From: Planctomycetota bacterium | GTDB taxonomy: Bacteria; Planctomycetota; UBA1135; UBA2386 | Assembly (NCBI GenBank): GCA_046290465.1 | Contig: JBKAGP010000001.1 | Span: 1,184,001 to 1,248,000 of the forward strand | DNA: 64,000 nucleotides | Direction: 5' to 3' | Shown: piece by piece, positions 47,670 through 57,557 of the stretch | How positions within the stretch are numbered: position 1 is the first letter of the stretch | Layout of the letters: every line of letters begins with the position of its first letter | Notes under the pieces: model-generated | Databases searched by the model: none | Seen by the model: the letters and a program-made list of their open reading frames with translations, nothing else | What the model was told of the DNA's origin: nothing | Program-made: the position numbers and the translations under genes

Positions 47670-48455
47670 ATGCGCAGACTCGCGACCGCCCTGCTCTCCA
47701 CCGCTCTGCTCACGAGCTGCGGCAACCTCAACTTCTACTCGGACGAAGAACTCGAGCCGTTGAGCGTGCAGGCATATGCCGAGGCGCAGAAGGAGAACCC
47801 GCCGGTCACGTCCGGCGCCGACTACGAGATGGTGCAGCGGGTCGCTTCGCGCATCACCCGCGCGGCCGACGAGAACTTCCCGTGGGAGGCCAAGCTGCTG
47901 CGCGCCGACAACGTGCCGAACGCCTTCTGCCTGCCGAACGGCCGCATCGCGATCTTCACCGGCATCCTGCCGATCACGCAGAACGAGGCCGGCCTGGCCG
48001 CGGTCATGGGCCACGAGGTCGCGCACGCGACGCTGCGCCACGGCGGCAAGCGCATGACCCAGGGCATGATGACGCAGGCGGCGATGACCGCGGTCGACAC
48101 CGGCATGAAGATGGCCGAGATGGAGGCCGGTTCGCACGACGTGGTCATGGGCGTGCTCGGCGCCGGCGCGCAGTACGGCGTGCTGCTGCCCTACAGCCGC
48201 GAGCACGAATCCGAGGCCGACATCCTCGGCATCCGCTACGCGATCCGCGCCGGCTACGATCCCTACGAGGCACCCAAGCTGTGGGAGCGCATGGCGCAGC
48301 TCGGCGACAGCGGACCGGAGTGGATGAGCACGCACCCCAACCCGCTCAATCGCGCCGAGAAGCTGCGGGAGATGATTCCGCAGATCATCGAGGAAGAGAA
48401 GAACTGGCAGCCGAAGGCGACCAAGCAGGTCACCCCCGGCGCCGTCGGCCGGTAG
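47670..48455 (+). CDS. M48 family metallopeptidase lipoprotein (Oma1/LoiP-like)
   Basis: LLTSC lipobox; PNAFCLPNG, GHEVAH, YSREHESEAD, MSTHP. Confidence 0.93.
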   Translation: MRRLATALLSTALLTSCGNLNFYSDEELEPLSVQAYAEAQKENPPVTSGADYEMVQRVASRITRAADENFPWEAKLLRADNVPNAFCLPNGRIAIFTGILPITQNEAGLAAVMGHEVAHATLRHGGKRMTQGMMTQAAMTAVDTGMKMAEMEAGSHDVVMGVLGAGAQYGVLLPYSREHESEADILGIRYAIRAGYDPYEAPKLWERMAQLGDSGPEWMSTHPNPLNRAEKLREMIPQIIEEEKNWQPKATKQVTPGAVGR

Positions 48456-48499
48456 TCGGTAGTCGGTAGTCGGTAATCGGGGCACCGGTAGTCGGGGCG
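48450..48499. repeat. Heptamer tandem repeat (CGGTAGT)n
   Basis: CGGTAGT x3, CGGTAAT, CGGGGCA, c, CGGTAGT, CGGGGCG; begins at the M48 stop codon. Confidence 0.85.
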
Positions 48500-48560
48500 C
48501 CGGCCACAAAAAACCTGCAGGCCGGTGTCGCACGCGCGGCCGCCCGGGATCATCGGCATC

Positions 48561-51500
48561 GTGTGGCGCGCATCGGAAGAACGGCTGTTCGAACGGTTCC
48601 AGCAGCGGCGGGACGCCGCCTCGCTGGCCCGGGTGTTCGACCGCACGGCGCCAGCGCTGCTGCGGGTCGCGACCCACCTGGTGCGCGACCGGCACGTCGC
48701 CGAGGACCTGGTGCAGCAGACGTTCGTCGCCGCGATCGAGCAGGCCGAGCGCTGGGACCGCGAGCGCGGCCTGTTCCCGTGGCTGGTCGGCATCCTGACC
48801 AACCGCGCGCGGCTGCACCGGCGCGCCGAGCGCCGCGCGGCCGATCCGGAGCGGCTCGAGGAGCGCGTCGTCGCCGAGCCGGGCGATCGCGCCGCCGACC
48901 GCGAACTGCAGGCTGCGGTAGCCTCTGCGATCGACCAACTCGGCGAGACCTACCGTCCGGTGCTGACGCTGCACCTGTTCCACGGCCTCAACGCCAAGGA
49001 GATCGCCGCCGCGCTCGGTCGCCCGGCGGGCTCGGTGCGCACGCAGCTGGTGCGCGGGCTCGAACGGCTGCGACGCTCGCTGCCGATCGGCCTCGGCCTC
49101 GCGCTGACCGCCACGGCGCCGGCAGTCGCCGCGATCCGCCAGCGCGTGCTGGCGTCGGCCGCCCCCCACCTCGACGCGGCCGCCACCGGAGCGGCTGCCG
49201 CGACCCTGTTGCTCGGAGGCCCCCTGATGAAGAAGTGGCTGCTGCTCGTGCCGATCGCGCTGATCGGCGTGCTGGTCTACTGGCAATCTGCCGCGACGCC
49301 CGCCGGCGTCGTGCCCGAAGCCGCTGCGCGCACGCCGACCGCCGCGACCGCGGCGCTGCCGGACGGCGATCCGGATCCGGCGGAGGATCCGGCTGCGGCC
49401 GCGCCGATCGAGCGCTCGGAGGCCGACCTGGTCGCCGCCGGCGATGTCGGCACCGGCAGCCTGGTCGTGCACGTCGCGTTCGAACACCAGGGCCTCGACG
49501 CGGCCGGGGTCTGGGTGCGCATGCGCCCCGAACCCTGGACGCGCGAAGGCCCGCGGTTCGGCGAGCGCGTCGACCAGGCCGGCCAGGTCCGCTTCGACGG
49601 CATCCCGCCGGGGCGTTGGCTGGTCGAGGCCGAGACCGTGTCGCTCGATGCCAAGGCGACCCTCGACGTCGCGGCGGGCGACGAACTCGAGCAGCACCTG
49701 ACGCTCGATGCGGCGCTGGCCGTGCCGGTGCGCGTGGTCGACGACATGCAGCGTCCGGTCGCCGACGCCGAGGTCTGGGTGTCGATGCACTACGGCGGTC
49801 GGGTCTGGCCGATGGAGGTGACCGCTCGCCTCGCCGGCCGCACCGACGTGAACGGACGCACGACGGTCGCCGCCGGCTCAGATGCGGTGGTCGGCGCGCG
49901 CAAGGCGGGCCACGCGGCATCCCCGGCGAGCCTGGTCGAGGCCACGCTCGGCGGCGAGGTGCTGCTGATGCTGACGCCGGGCCCCGGCGCGATCCGCGGC
50001 TTCGCGCTCGACGACGACGGCCAGCCGGTGCCGCACGCCACGCTGTACCTGACCACGCGCGGCTTCGACGAGCCCACGACGTCGCGGTCGGCGGACGGCC
50101 GCGAGGCCCGCTCGATCGCGACCGTCTACACCCACGCCGCCGCCGACGGCTCGTTCGCGCTCGAAGGTCTGCTGCCCGGCAGCTACCGCCTGTGGGGCAT
50201 CGCGCGGGGCGTGCTCGACGCGCGCCTCGACGTCGACGTGCACGCGTTCGAAGCGACCTCCCTGCGCGTCGTGATGCGGCGCTCGGTGCCGGTCAAGGTC
50301 CGCACCGTGCGGCCCGACGGGACCCCGATCGGCGGGCTGATGGTGTTCGGCCGTGACCCGCAGGGCCAGGTCGTCGGCGGCGGCAGCATCACCGACCCCA
50401 ACGGCGTGTTCTCGTTCGCGGCGCCACGCGACGGCTACCACGTCGAGATCAAGCGCGACCAGACGCTGCTGGCCGAACGGCGCAGCGAAGCGCCGCTGAC
50501 CGGACCGGTCGCGTTCGACGTCGTCATCGACGAACACCTGCTGGTGCGCGGCCGGCTGCTCGACGAGCAGGGCCGCGGCATCGCCGGCTGGCGCATCGTC
50601 GCGGTGGCCGACGGCGCGCCCGACAGCGACGCGCAGCGCGCGCTGGCGCTGGCGTTCGACCAGCGCACCGACGAGCACGGCAACTTCGAGCTGTGGGGCC
50701 AGCTGCAGCAACCGCTCCAGCTCGCGACGTCCGGCACCCGCTACGGCAGCCGCGGCATGGTGCGACGCCGCGCGATCGCGGTCGGCAGCGACGACCTCGA
50801 GATCGTCGTGCCGACCGGCAAGCTGCCGCGATCGACGCTGCGAGGGCGCGTCGTCGACGCGGCCGGCAAGCCGTTGGTCGACGCAACCGTGCAGCGGCTC
50901 GCCGGCAACCAGCCCGAGCTGCCCTGCGAACAGGGCGTGTTCGTCGTCGAGGGCCTGACCCACGGCGACCAGTCGCTGCACGTCACAGCCCCCGGCTACG
51001 GCAGCCGCCGGCTCAAGTTCGACCTGCAGCAGCTCGACCAGGACGTCGGCGACGTGGTGCTGCAGCGCGCGGTCGAGCTGCGGGTGCGGCCAGACTTCGG
51101 CGGCACCGAGTGGCTCGGACCGCTGCCGCGCGCGTCGTTCCGCACCGCCGACGGCACCTCCTTGTGGCCGCAGCCGACTGCGACCGCCGACGGGGACGAG
51201 CTGGTGTTCCGCAGCCTGCCGCCGGGTTCCTACGTGCTGCACCCCCACCGCGACGAGCAGATCGCGACCGAACCGCTGGCCTTCGAACTGGTGGCCGGCG
51301 CCGCCAAGAAGCTGACGTGGCCGGTGCGCGTCGGCCGCAAGCGCATGCTGCGATTCCGGCCGCCCGCCGACCAGCCGGTGCTGCCCGACACCATGCTGAC
51401 GGTCCGCATCGTCGCCGCCGACGACCGCGTCGTGCGCGACCAGCAGGTCAAGCCGTGGCGCGGCGCATGGGTGCTGCGCGACGCGCTGGAGCCGGGCAGC

Positions 51501-51617
51501 TACCGGGTGACCGCGACCAGCGCGGCCGGCCACTCGTTCGCCGGCACGTTCGACGTGCGGCTGGACCAGGGCACCAGCGAGCAGGACATGACCGTCGACG
51601 TGCCGCCGAAGCGCTGA
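48561..51617 (+). CDS. Membrane-anchored ECF sigma factor fused to a large extracytoplasmic domain with carboxypeptidase-regulatory-like (Ig-like) repeats
   Basis: Sigma regions (VAEDLVQQTF, LFPWLVGI, EIAAALGRPAGSVRTQLVRG), Ala-rich linker, TM KKWLLLVPIALIGVLVYW, repeated G.V.D..G.P..A.V modules; start 48525 or 48561. Confidence 0.88.
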   Translation: MWRASEERLFERFQQRRDAASLARVFDRTAPALLRVATHLVRDRHVAEDLVQQTFVAAIEQAERWDRERGLFPWLVGILTNRARLHRRAERRAADPERLEERVVAEPGDRAADRELQAAVASAIDQLGETYRPVLTLHLFHGLNAKEIAAALGRPAGSVRTQLVRGLERLRRSLPIGLGLALTATAPAVAAIRQRVLASAAPHLDAAATGAAAATLLLGGPLMKKWLLLVPIALIGVLVYWQSAATPAGVVPEAAARTPTAATAALPDGDPDPAEDPAAAAPIERSEADLVAAGDVGTGSLVVHVAFEHQGLDAAGVWVRMRPEPWTREGPRFGERVDQAGQVRFDGIPPGRWLVEAETVSLDAKATLDVAAGDELEQHLTLDAALAVPVRVVDDMQRPVADAEVWVSMHYGGRVWPMEVTARLAGRTDVNGRTTVAAGSDAVVGARKAGHAASPASLVEATLGGEVLLMLTPGPGAIRGFALDDDGQPVPHATLYLTTRGFDEPTTSRSADGREARSIATVYTHAAADGSFALEGLLPGSYRLWGIARGVLDARLDVDVHAFEATSLRVVMRRSVPVKVRTVRPDGTPIGGLMVFGRDPQGQVVGGGSITDPNGVFSFAAPRDGYHVEIKRDQTLLAERRSEAPLTGPVAFDVVIDEHLLVRGRLLDEQGRGIAGWRIVAVADGAPDSDAQRALALAFDQRTDEHGNFELWGQLQQPLQLATSGTRYGSRGMVRRRAIAVGSDDLEIVVPTGKLPRSTLRGRVVDAAGKPLVDATVQRLAGNQPELPCEQGVFVVEGLTHGDQSLHVTAPGYGSRRLKFDLQQLDQDVGDVVLQRAVELRVRPDFGGTEWLGPLPRASFRTADGTSLWPQPTATADGDELVFRSLPPGSYVLHPHRDEQIATEPLAFELVAGAAKKLTWPVRVGRKRMLRFRPPADQPVLPDTMLTVRIVAADDRVVRDQQVKPWRGAWVLRDALEPGSYRVTATSAAGHSFAGTFDVRLDQGTSEQDMTVDVPPKR

Positions 51618-51620
51618 CGT

Positions 51621-54600
51621 TCAGCGGTTCGGCGTCCACGGAACGCGGCCGTCCTTCTCGCGCAGGAACTTGGCGTCGACGTCGCGGTACCACGCGTGCA
51701 GCAGTTCGCGCATGCGGCCGACGCGCTCGGGCTGCTGCGCGGCGAGGTCGTTGCGCTCGCCGAGGTCCTTCGACAGGTCGAACAGGTGCACGCGGCCGTC
51801 CTCGAGCCGTTCGATCAGCTTGTAGTCACCGAGGCGCACCGCCGACGACGGGAAGCCGCCCTGGTTGCCGTAGTGCGGGTAGTGCCAGAACAGCGGCCGC
51901 TCGCCCAGCTCCCCGCCGCGCAGCGCCGCCGCGACGCTGATCCCGTCGATCGCGTGCGCGACCGGCGCGCCCCCGGTCAGCTCCTGGATCGTCGGCAGCA
52001 GGTCGATACTCGAGATCGGCACGCTGCTGGTGCTGCCGGCCTTGGTGACGCCGGGAACGCGCCAGATCCACGGTTCGCGGATGCCGCCCTCGTACATCCA
52101 GCCCTTGCCGCCGCGCAGCGGCAGGTTGCTGGTCGGCGAGCCCTCGCTGGTCGACAGACCGCCGTTGTCGGACGTGAACACGACGATGGTGTCGTCCGCG
52201 AGGCCCAGCTCGTCGAGCTTGTCGAGCACCTTGCCGACCGCCTGGTCCATCGCCTCGACCATCGCGGCGTAGGTCGCGTGCCGCTGCAGCAGCCGCACCT
52301 TGCGCTTGCGCTCGGTGCGGAACACCTGCTCCTCCTCGCCGAACTCCGGGCCGTCGGGCTCGATCGCCGCGAGGCGCTTCTGGTACTTCTCGATCAGGTC
52401 CTTGCGACCGACCAGCGGCGTGTGCACCGAGTAGAACGACAGGTACGCCAGGAACGGTCCGTCCCGGTTCTGCTCGACGAACCGGCAGGCCTCGTCGGCC
52501 AGCCGCGCCGGCAGGTGCTCGCCCTCGGGGCCGTCCTCGAGGCGCGGGTTGCCGTAGGGCACGAAGTACTTGCCGGGCCCGTAGGGCCCGCCGCGCTTCC
52601 AGCCGCCCTTGTTGACGTCGAAGCCCTGGTGCTCGGGCCAGAACTCCTCGCTCGGACCGAGGTGCCACTTGCCGGCGAAGAACGTCGCGAAGCCGCGTTC
52701 GCGCAGCACCTCGGCGATGGTCGTCTCGGTCAGCTCCATGCGGTCCTTGGCGACCGCCGGCCGGAACGTCTCGGCGCGCCTGCCCATGAAGTAGTTGGTC
52801 GCGTCGGCGCGCGACGGGTAGCGACCGGTCATCAGCGCGAACCGCGTCGGCGAGCACACCGGACAGGCCGCGTAGCCGTCGGTCATGCGCAGGCCGCTGC
52901 GGGCCAGCCGGTCGATGTTGGGCGTGTCGTAGAGGCAGTCGGGGTTGTTGGCGCCGATGTCCATGAAGCCGAGGTCGTCGACCAGGAACACGACGACGTT
53001 GTCGGGCTTCGTGTATTGCCCGACCTCGAGCTCGACGGTGCGCGGCTGCCAGCCGATGCGGTGCGTGCGCACCTCGAACCGCTGGTTGTCGACGACCCCG
53101 ATCGGCTCGTGGTAGACGCGCCAGCGCCGGTCCTTGCCGAGCGGCAGCGAGCGGTAGCCGATCGACGCGCCGGGCTCGTCGCAGACGAACGATACCAGCG
53201 TCAGCATGCTGCCGTGGTGCTGTTCGGCCTTGGCTGGCGGCGTCGTCGGCTGCTTGCCGTCGGGCGGCCAGATGTGCTCCTTGACCAGTCTGGTCTCCGG
53301 CAGCACGAAGCCGAGGTCCCCGGTCGACGCGATCCAGCGGTCGAGCTGGCTACGCAGGTCGATCGCGCGCTGCGCGTGCTCCGGCCGGTCGATCAGGTTG
53401 CGGGTCTCCCACGGATCGCTCTGCGAGTCGTAGAGTTCCTGCTGCGGCCGCTCGGTCGCCGCGAACTGCCACTGCGCCGGCGCGACGTCGTCCCGGCCGC
53501 GCAACGCGTAGAGGTCCGCGGTCATCGGGATCCGTTCGCGGTAGGCGTTGGCGATCAGGTAGGGCTGGTCGGTGACGTAGTTGCGCACGTAGCGGTAGCG
53601 GCCGTCGGTGACGCTGCGCTGCCGGTCGTAGACCGAGTCGAAGCGGTCGGCGTGGCTGTAGGCGAAGCCGTGGCCGGTCCGCGCGAACGGGCCGAGGAAC
53701 GGCACACCGTCGAGACGGCGGTCCGGCTCGACGCCGCACAGCGACAGCACCGTCGGTCCGAAGTCGACGAACTGCACGACGCGATCTTCGACGGTGCCCT
53801 GCCGCTTGCCGTCCGGGAAGCGCACCAGCAGCGGCACCCGCGTGCCGGTGTCGTAGCACGAGCGCTTGCCGCGCGGCAGGCCGACGCCGTGGTCGCTGTA
53901 GAACATCACGATGGTCGTCGCCAGCAGGCCAGCGTCGTCGAGTTCTTGCAGCTTGCGGCCGACCCAGCGGTCCATCGCCGCGATGTTGTCGTAGGTGCGC
54001 TTGATCGCCTTGCGCACGTTTTCGGTGTCGGGGTAGATCGGCGGCACCGGCACGTCCTCGAGCGCGACCGCCGACGGGCTCGGCTTGCGGCCCGGGAACG
54101 CGCCGCTCTCGTGCGTGCCGTTGTGGTTGAACACCGCGAAGAACGGCTGGCCGGGCGCGCGGTTCTGCCAGTGGGCCTTGCCGGACGACTGGTCCCAGAC
54201 CGTCACCGGCTCCTTGAACTGGTAGTCCTTCTTGGCGTTGTTGGTGCAGTAGTAGCCGTGCTTGCGCAGCAGCTCGGGGAAGCACCGGAGCCAGGCCGGG
54301 GGAAGACCCTGGTAGCCGGGGATGTGCTCGTAGGCATCCGGGTCCTTGGCCAGCGCCGACTTGCTCGGGCTGTTGTTGCGCATCTGCATCGTGCCGATGC
54401 GGGTCGCATACATGCCGGTGATCAGCGACGACCGCGCCGGCGCGCACACCGGCGAGGTCGCGAACGCGTTGGTGTAGCGCACGCCCTCGCGGGCCAACCG
54501 GTCGCAGTTGGGCGTCTGCACGGTGTCGTCGCCGTAGCAGCCGAGCCAGGGACTCATGTCCTCGACCACCAGCCAGACGACGTTGGGGCGGTCCTGTGCG

Positions 54601-54662
54601 GTCGCGGCCGCGGCCAGCAGCGCAGCCAGGATCGAGATCAAGAAGCGACGAAGGGTGAGCAT
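51621..54662 (-). CDS. Exported double sulfatase (two complete sulfatase domains)
   Basis: Signal peptide; RPNVVWLVVEDM/CAPARSSLITG/SDHG and PDNVVVFLVDDLG/CSPTRFALMTG/GKWHLG/SDNGG. Confidence 0.93.
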   Translation of the reverse strand: MLTLRRFLISILAALLAAAATAQDRPNVVWLVVEDMSPWLGCYGDDTVQTPNCDRLAREGVRYTNAFATSPVCAPARSSLITGMYATRIGTMQMRNNSPSKSALAKDPDAYEHIPGYQGLPPAWLRCFPELLRKHGYYCTNNAKKDYQFKEPVTVWDQSSGKAHWQNRAPGQPFFAVFNHNGTHESGAFPGRKPSPSAVALEDVPVPPIYPDTENVRKAIKRTYDNIAAMDRWVGRKLQELDDAGLLATTIVMFYSDHGVGLPRGKRSCYDTGTRVPLLVRFPDGKRQGTVEDRVVQFVDFGPTVLSLCGVEPDRRLDGVPFLGPFARTGHGFAYSHADRFDSVYDRQRSVTDGRYRYVRNYVTDQPYLIANAYRERIPMTADLYALRGRDDVAPAQWQFAATERPQQELYDSQSDPWETRNLIDRPEHAQRAIDLRSQLDRWIASTGDLGFVLPETRLVKEHIWPPDGKQPTTPPAKAEQHHGSMLTLVSFVCDEPGASIGYRSLPLGKDRRWRVYHEPIGVVDNQRFEVRTHRIGWQPRTVELEVGQYTKPDNVVVFLVDDLGFMDIGANNPDCLYDTPNIDRLARSGLRMTDGYAACPVCSPTRFALMTGRYPSRADATNYFMGRRAETFRPAVAKDRMELTETTIAEVLRERGFATFFAGKWHLGPSEEFWPEHQGFDVNKGGWKRGGPYGPGKYFVPYGNPRLEDGPEGEHLPARLADEACRFVEQNRDGPFLAYLSFYSVHTPLVGRKDLIEKYQKRLAAIEPDGPEFGEEEQVFRTERKRKVRLLQRHATYAAMVEAMDQAVGKVLDKLDELGLADDTIVVFTSDNGGLSTSEGSPTSNLPLRGGKGWMYEGGIREPWIWRVPGVTKAGSTSSVPISSIDLLPTIQELTGGAPVAHAIDGISVAAALRGGELGERPLFWHYPHYGNQGGFPSSAVRLGDYKLIERLEDGRVHLFDLSKDLGERNDLAAQQPERVGRMRELLHAWYRDVDAKFLREKDGRVPWTPNR

Positions 54663-54696
54663 GGGCGGCCGTCAAGGCTATCGTGCGGACCTCGTC

Positions 54697-56019
54697 ATGA
54701 CGAAGCAGCCCGAACGAACCGGCCGTCGCAACCGCTCGCAGCGCACCATGGTGTGGGTGTGGGTCGGAGTCGGCGCCCTGACCCTCGCCTTCTTCTTGCT
54801 GCTCGGGTCGCTGGTCGGCCCGTCGCCGCCCAAGCGCATCACGCTGGCCGGCGGCCTGCCCGGCGGCGCCTACCACGCGTTCGCCGATCGCTACCGCGAG
54901 GTGCTGGCGGAGCAGGGGCTCGAGGTCGAAGTCCGCCAGACCGCCGGCTCGATCGAGAACCTCGAACTGCTCGAGCGCGGTGACGTCGACGTCGCGTTCG
55001 TGCAGAGCGGCACGCGCGACCGCGCCGCCGACCCCGATCGCCTGCGCGGCATCGCCAGCCTCTACTACGAGCCGCTGTGGATCTTCCATCGCGGGGAGGA
55101 GACCGTCGACGACCTCGGCCAGCTGCGCGGCAAGCGGCTCGCGATCGGCGGCCCGCGCAGCGGCACGTTCGCGGTCTGCGATCAGCTGCTGGCCCTCAAC
55201 GGCATCGACGCCAGCAACACCCGGCTCGAACAGATCGGGCTGAAGGCGGCGCGCGAAGCGCTGAAGGGCGGCGAGATCGACTACGCGTTCTTCACCGCGT
55301 CGCCGGACGCCGAGGTCGTGCGCGAGCTGATGGTCGATCCGGAGACGCGCCTGGTCGGCATCCGCCGCCACAAGGCCTACGTGCGCAACGTGCTGTTCGT
55401 GACCGACGTCGAGATCGCCGAGGGCACGTTCGACATCCGCCAGAACTTCCCGCGTGACGACATCACGGTGCTGTCGACGGTCGCGCAACTGCTGACCACC
55501 GAGGACCTGCACCCGGCGATCGCCGAGCTGCTGGCGCGCACCGCCGAGGAACTGCACTCGGGCCGCACGCTGCTGGCGCGCGGCGGCACGTTCCCGACCG
55601 CGAGCAACCTCGAGTTCGCCGTGCACGAAGCGGCGGCCGACTACTTCCGCTCGGGTCCGTCCCTGCTGGCGCGCTACCTGCCGTTCTGGCTGGCCAACCT
55701 GCTGAAGAAGCTGCTGGTGCTGCTGATCCCGCTGCTGACCCTGATGATCCCGCTGCTCAAGATCGCACCGGGCCTCTACAAGGCCGTCATGCGCAAGCGC
55801 ATCCACCGTTGGTACGACGACCTCGACGAGGTCGAGGAGCAGATCGCCGCGGCCAGCACCGAAGAGCAGTTCGGCGCCTGCGCCGAACGGCTGCAGAACC
55901 TCGAGCACCTGGTCGAGACCGGCATCCAGGTCCCCACCACCTTCCGTCACGAAGAGTACGACCTACGCGTGCACCTGGCGCACGTTCGCGCCCAGCTCGA
56001 CCGCAAGCGCACGACCTGA
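54697..56019 (+). CDS. TAXI-family solute-binding protein with N- and C-terminal TM helices
   Basis: LAGGLPGGAYH, TAGSIENL, DVAFVQSG, SLYYEPLWIF, LRGKRLAIG..SGT, HEAAADY; hydrophobic LLVLLIPLLTLMIPLL. Confidence 0.88.
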   Translation: MTKQPERTGRRNRSQRTMVWVWVGVGALTLAFFLLLGSLVGPSPPKRITLAGGLPGGAYHAFADRYREVLAEQGLEVEVRQTAGSIENLELLERGDVDVAFVQSGTRDRAADPDRLRGIASLYYEPLWIFHRGEETVDDLGQLRGKRLAIGGPRSGTFAVCDQLLALNGIDASNTRLEQIGLKAAREALKGGEIDYAFFTASPDAEVVRELMVDPETRLVGIRRHKAYVRNVLFVTDVEIAEGTFDIRQNFPRDDITVLSTVAQLLTTEDLHPAIAELLARTAEELHSGRTLLARGGTFPTASNLEFAVHEAAADYFRSGPSLLARYLPFWLANLLKKLLVLLIPLLTLMIPLLKIAPGLYKAVMRKRIHRWYDDLDEVEEQIAAASTEEQFGACAERLQNLEHLVETGIQVPTTFRHEEYDLRVHLAHVRAQLDRKRTT

Positions 56020-56022
56020 GTC

Positions 56023-56067
56023 TCTCCCCCCAACTCGTCGGTGCTCGGCGAGCAGGTTGGCAGGGAG
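56023..56067. terminator. Long imperfect hairpin between convergent TAXI and gltA genes
   Basis: CTCCC/GGGAG, CCAAC/GTTGG and TCGTCG/CGGCGA nested stems. Confidence 0.35.
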
Positions 56068-56130
56068 CATGCCACCGGCCGCTGGTCCGCAAGCTCTGCT
56101 CCCGGAACCAAACTCACCGGGGCCGGGCGA

Positions 56131-57429
<1,299 letters not shown>

Positions 57430-57557
57430 CGCAGCGGGGTCGCGAGGCAGGTCATGGGGACGGATTCGAGGCGACCATGCTAGGGCTCGCCCGCCGCTCC
57501 CACCACAGGAAAAGCCGACACCTCCTCGGCTGCCGGCAGGTTGCCGACCGTCCGGGA

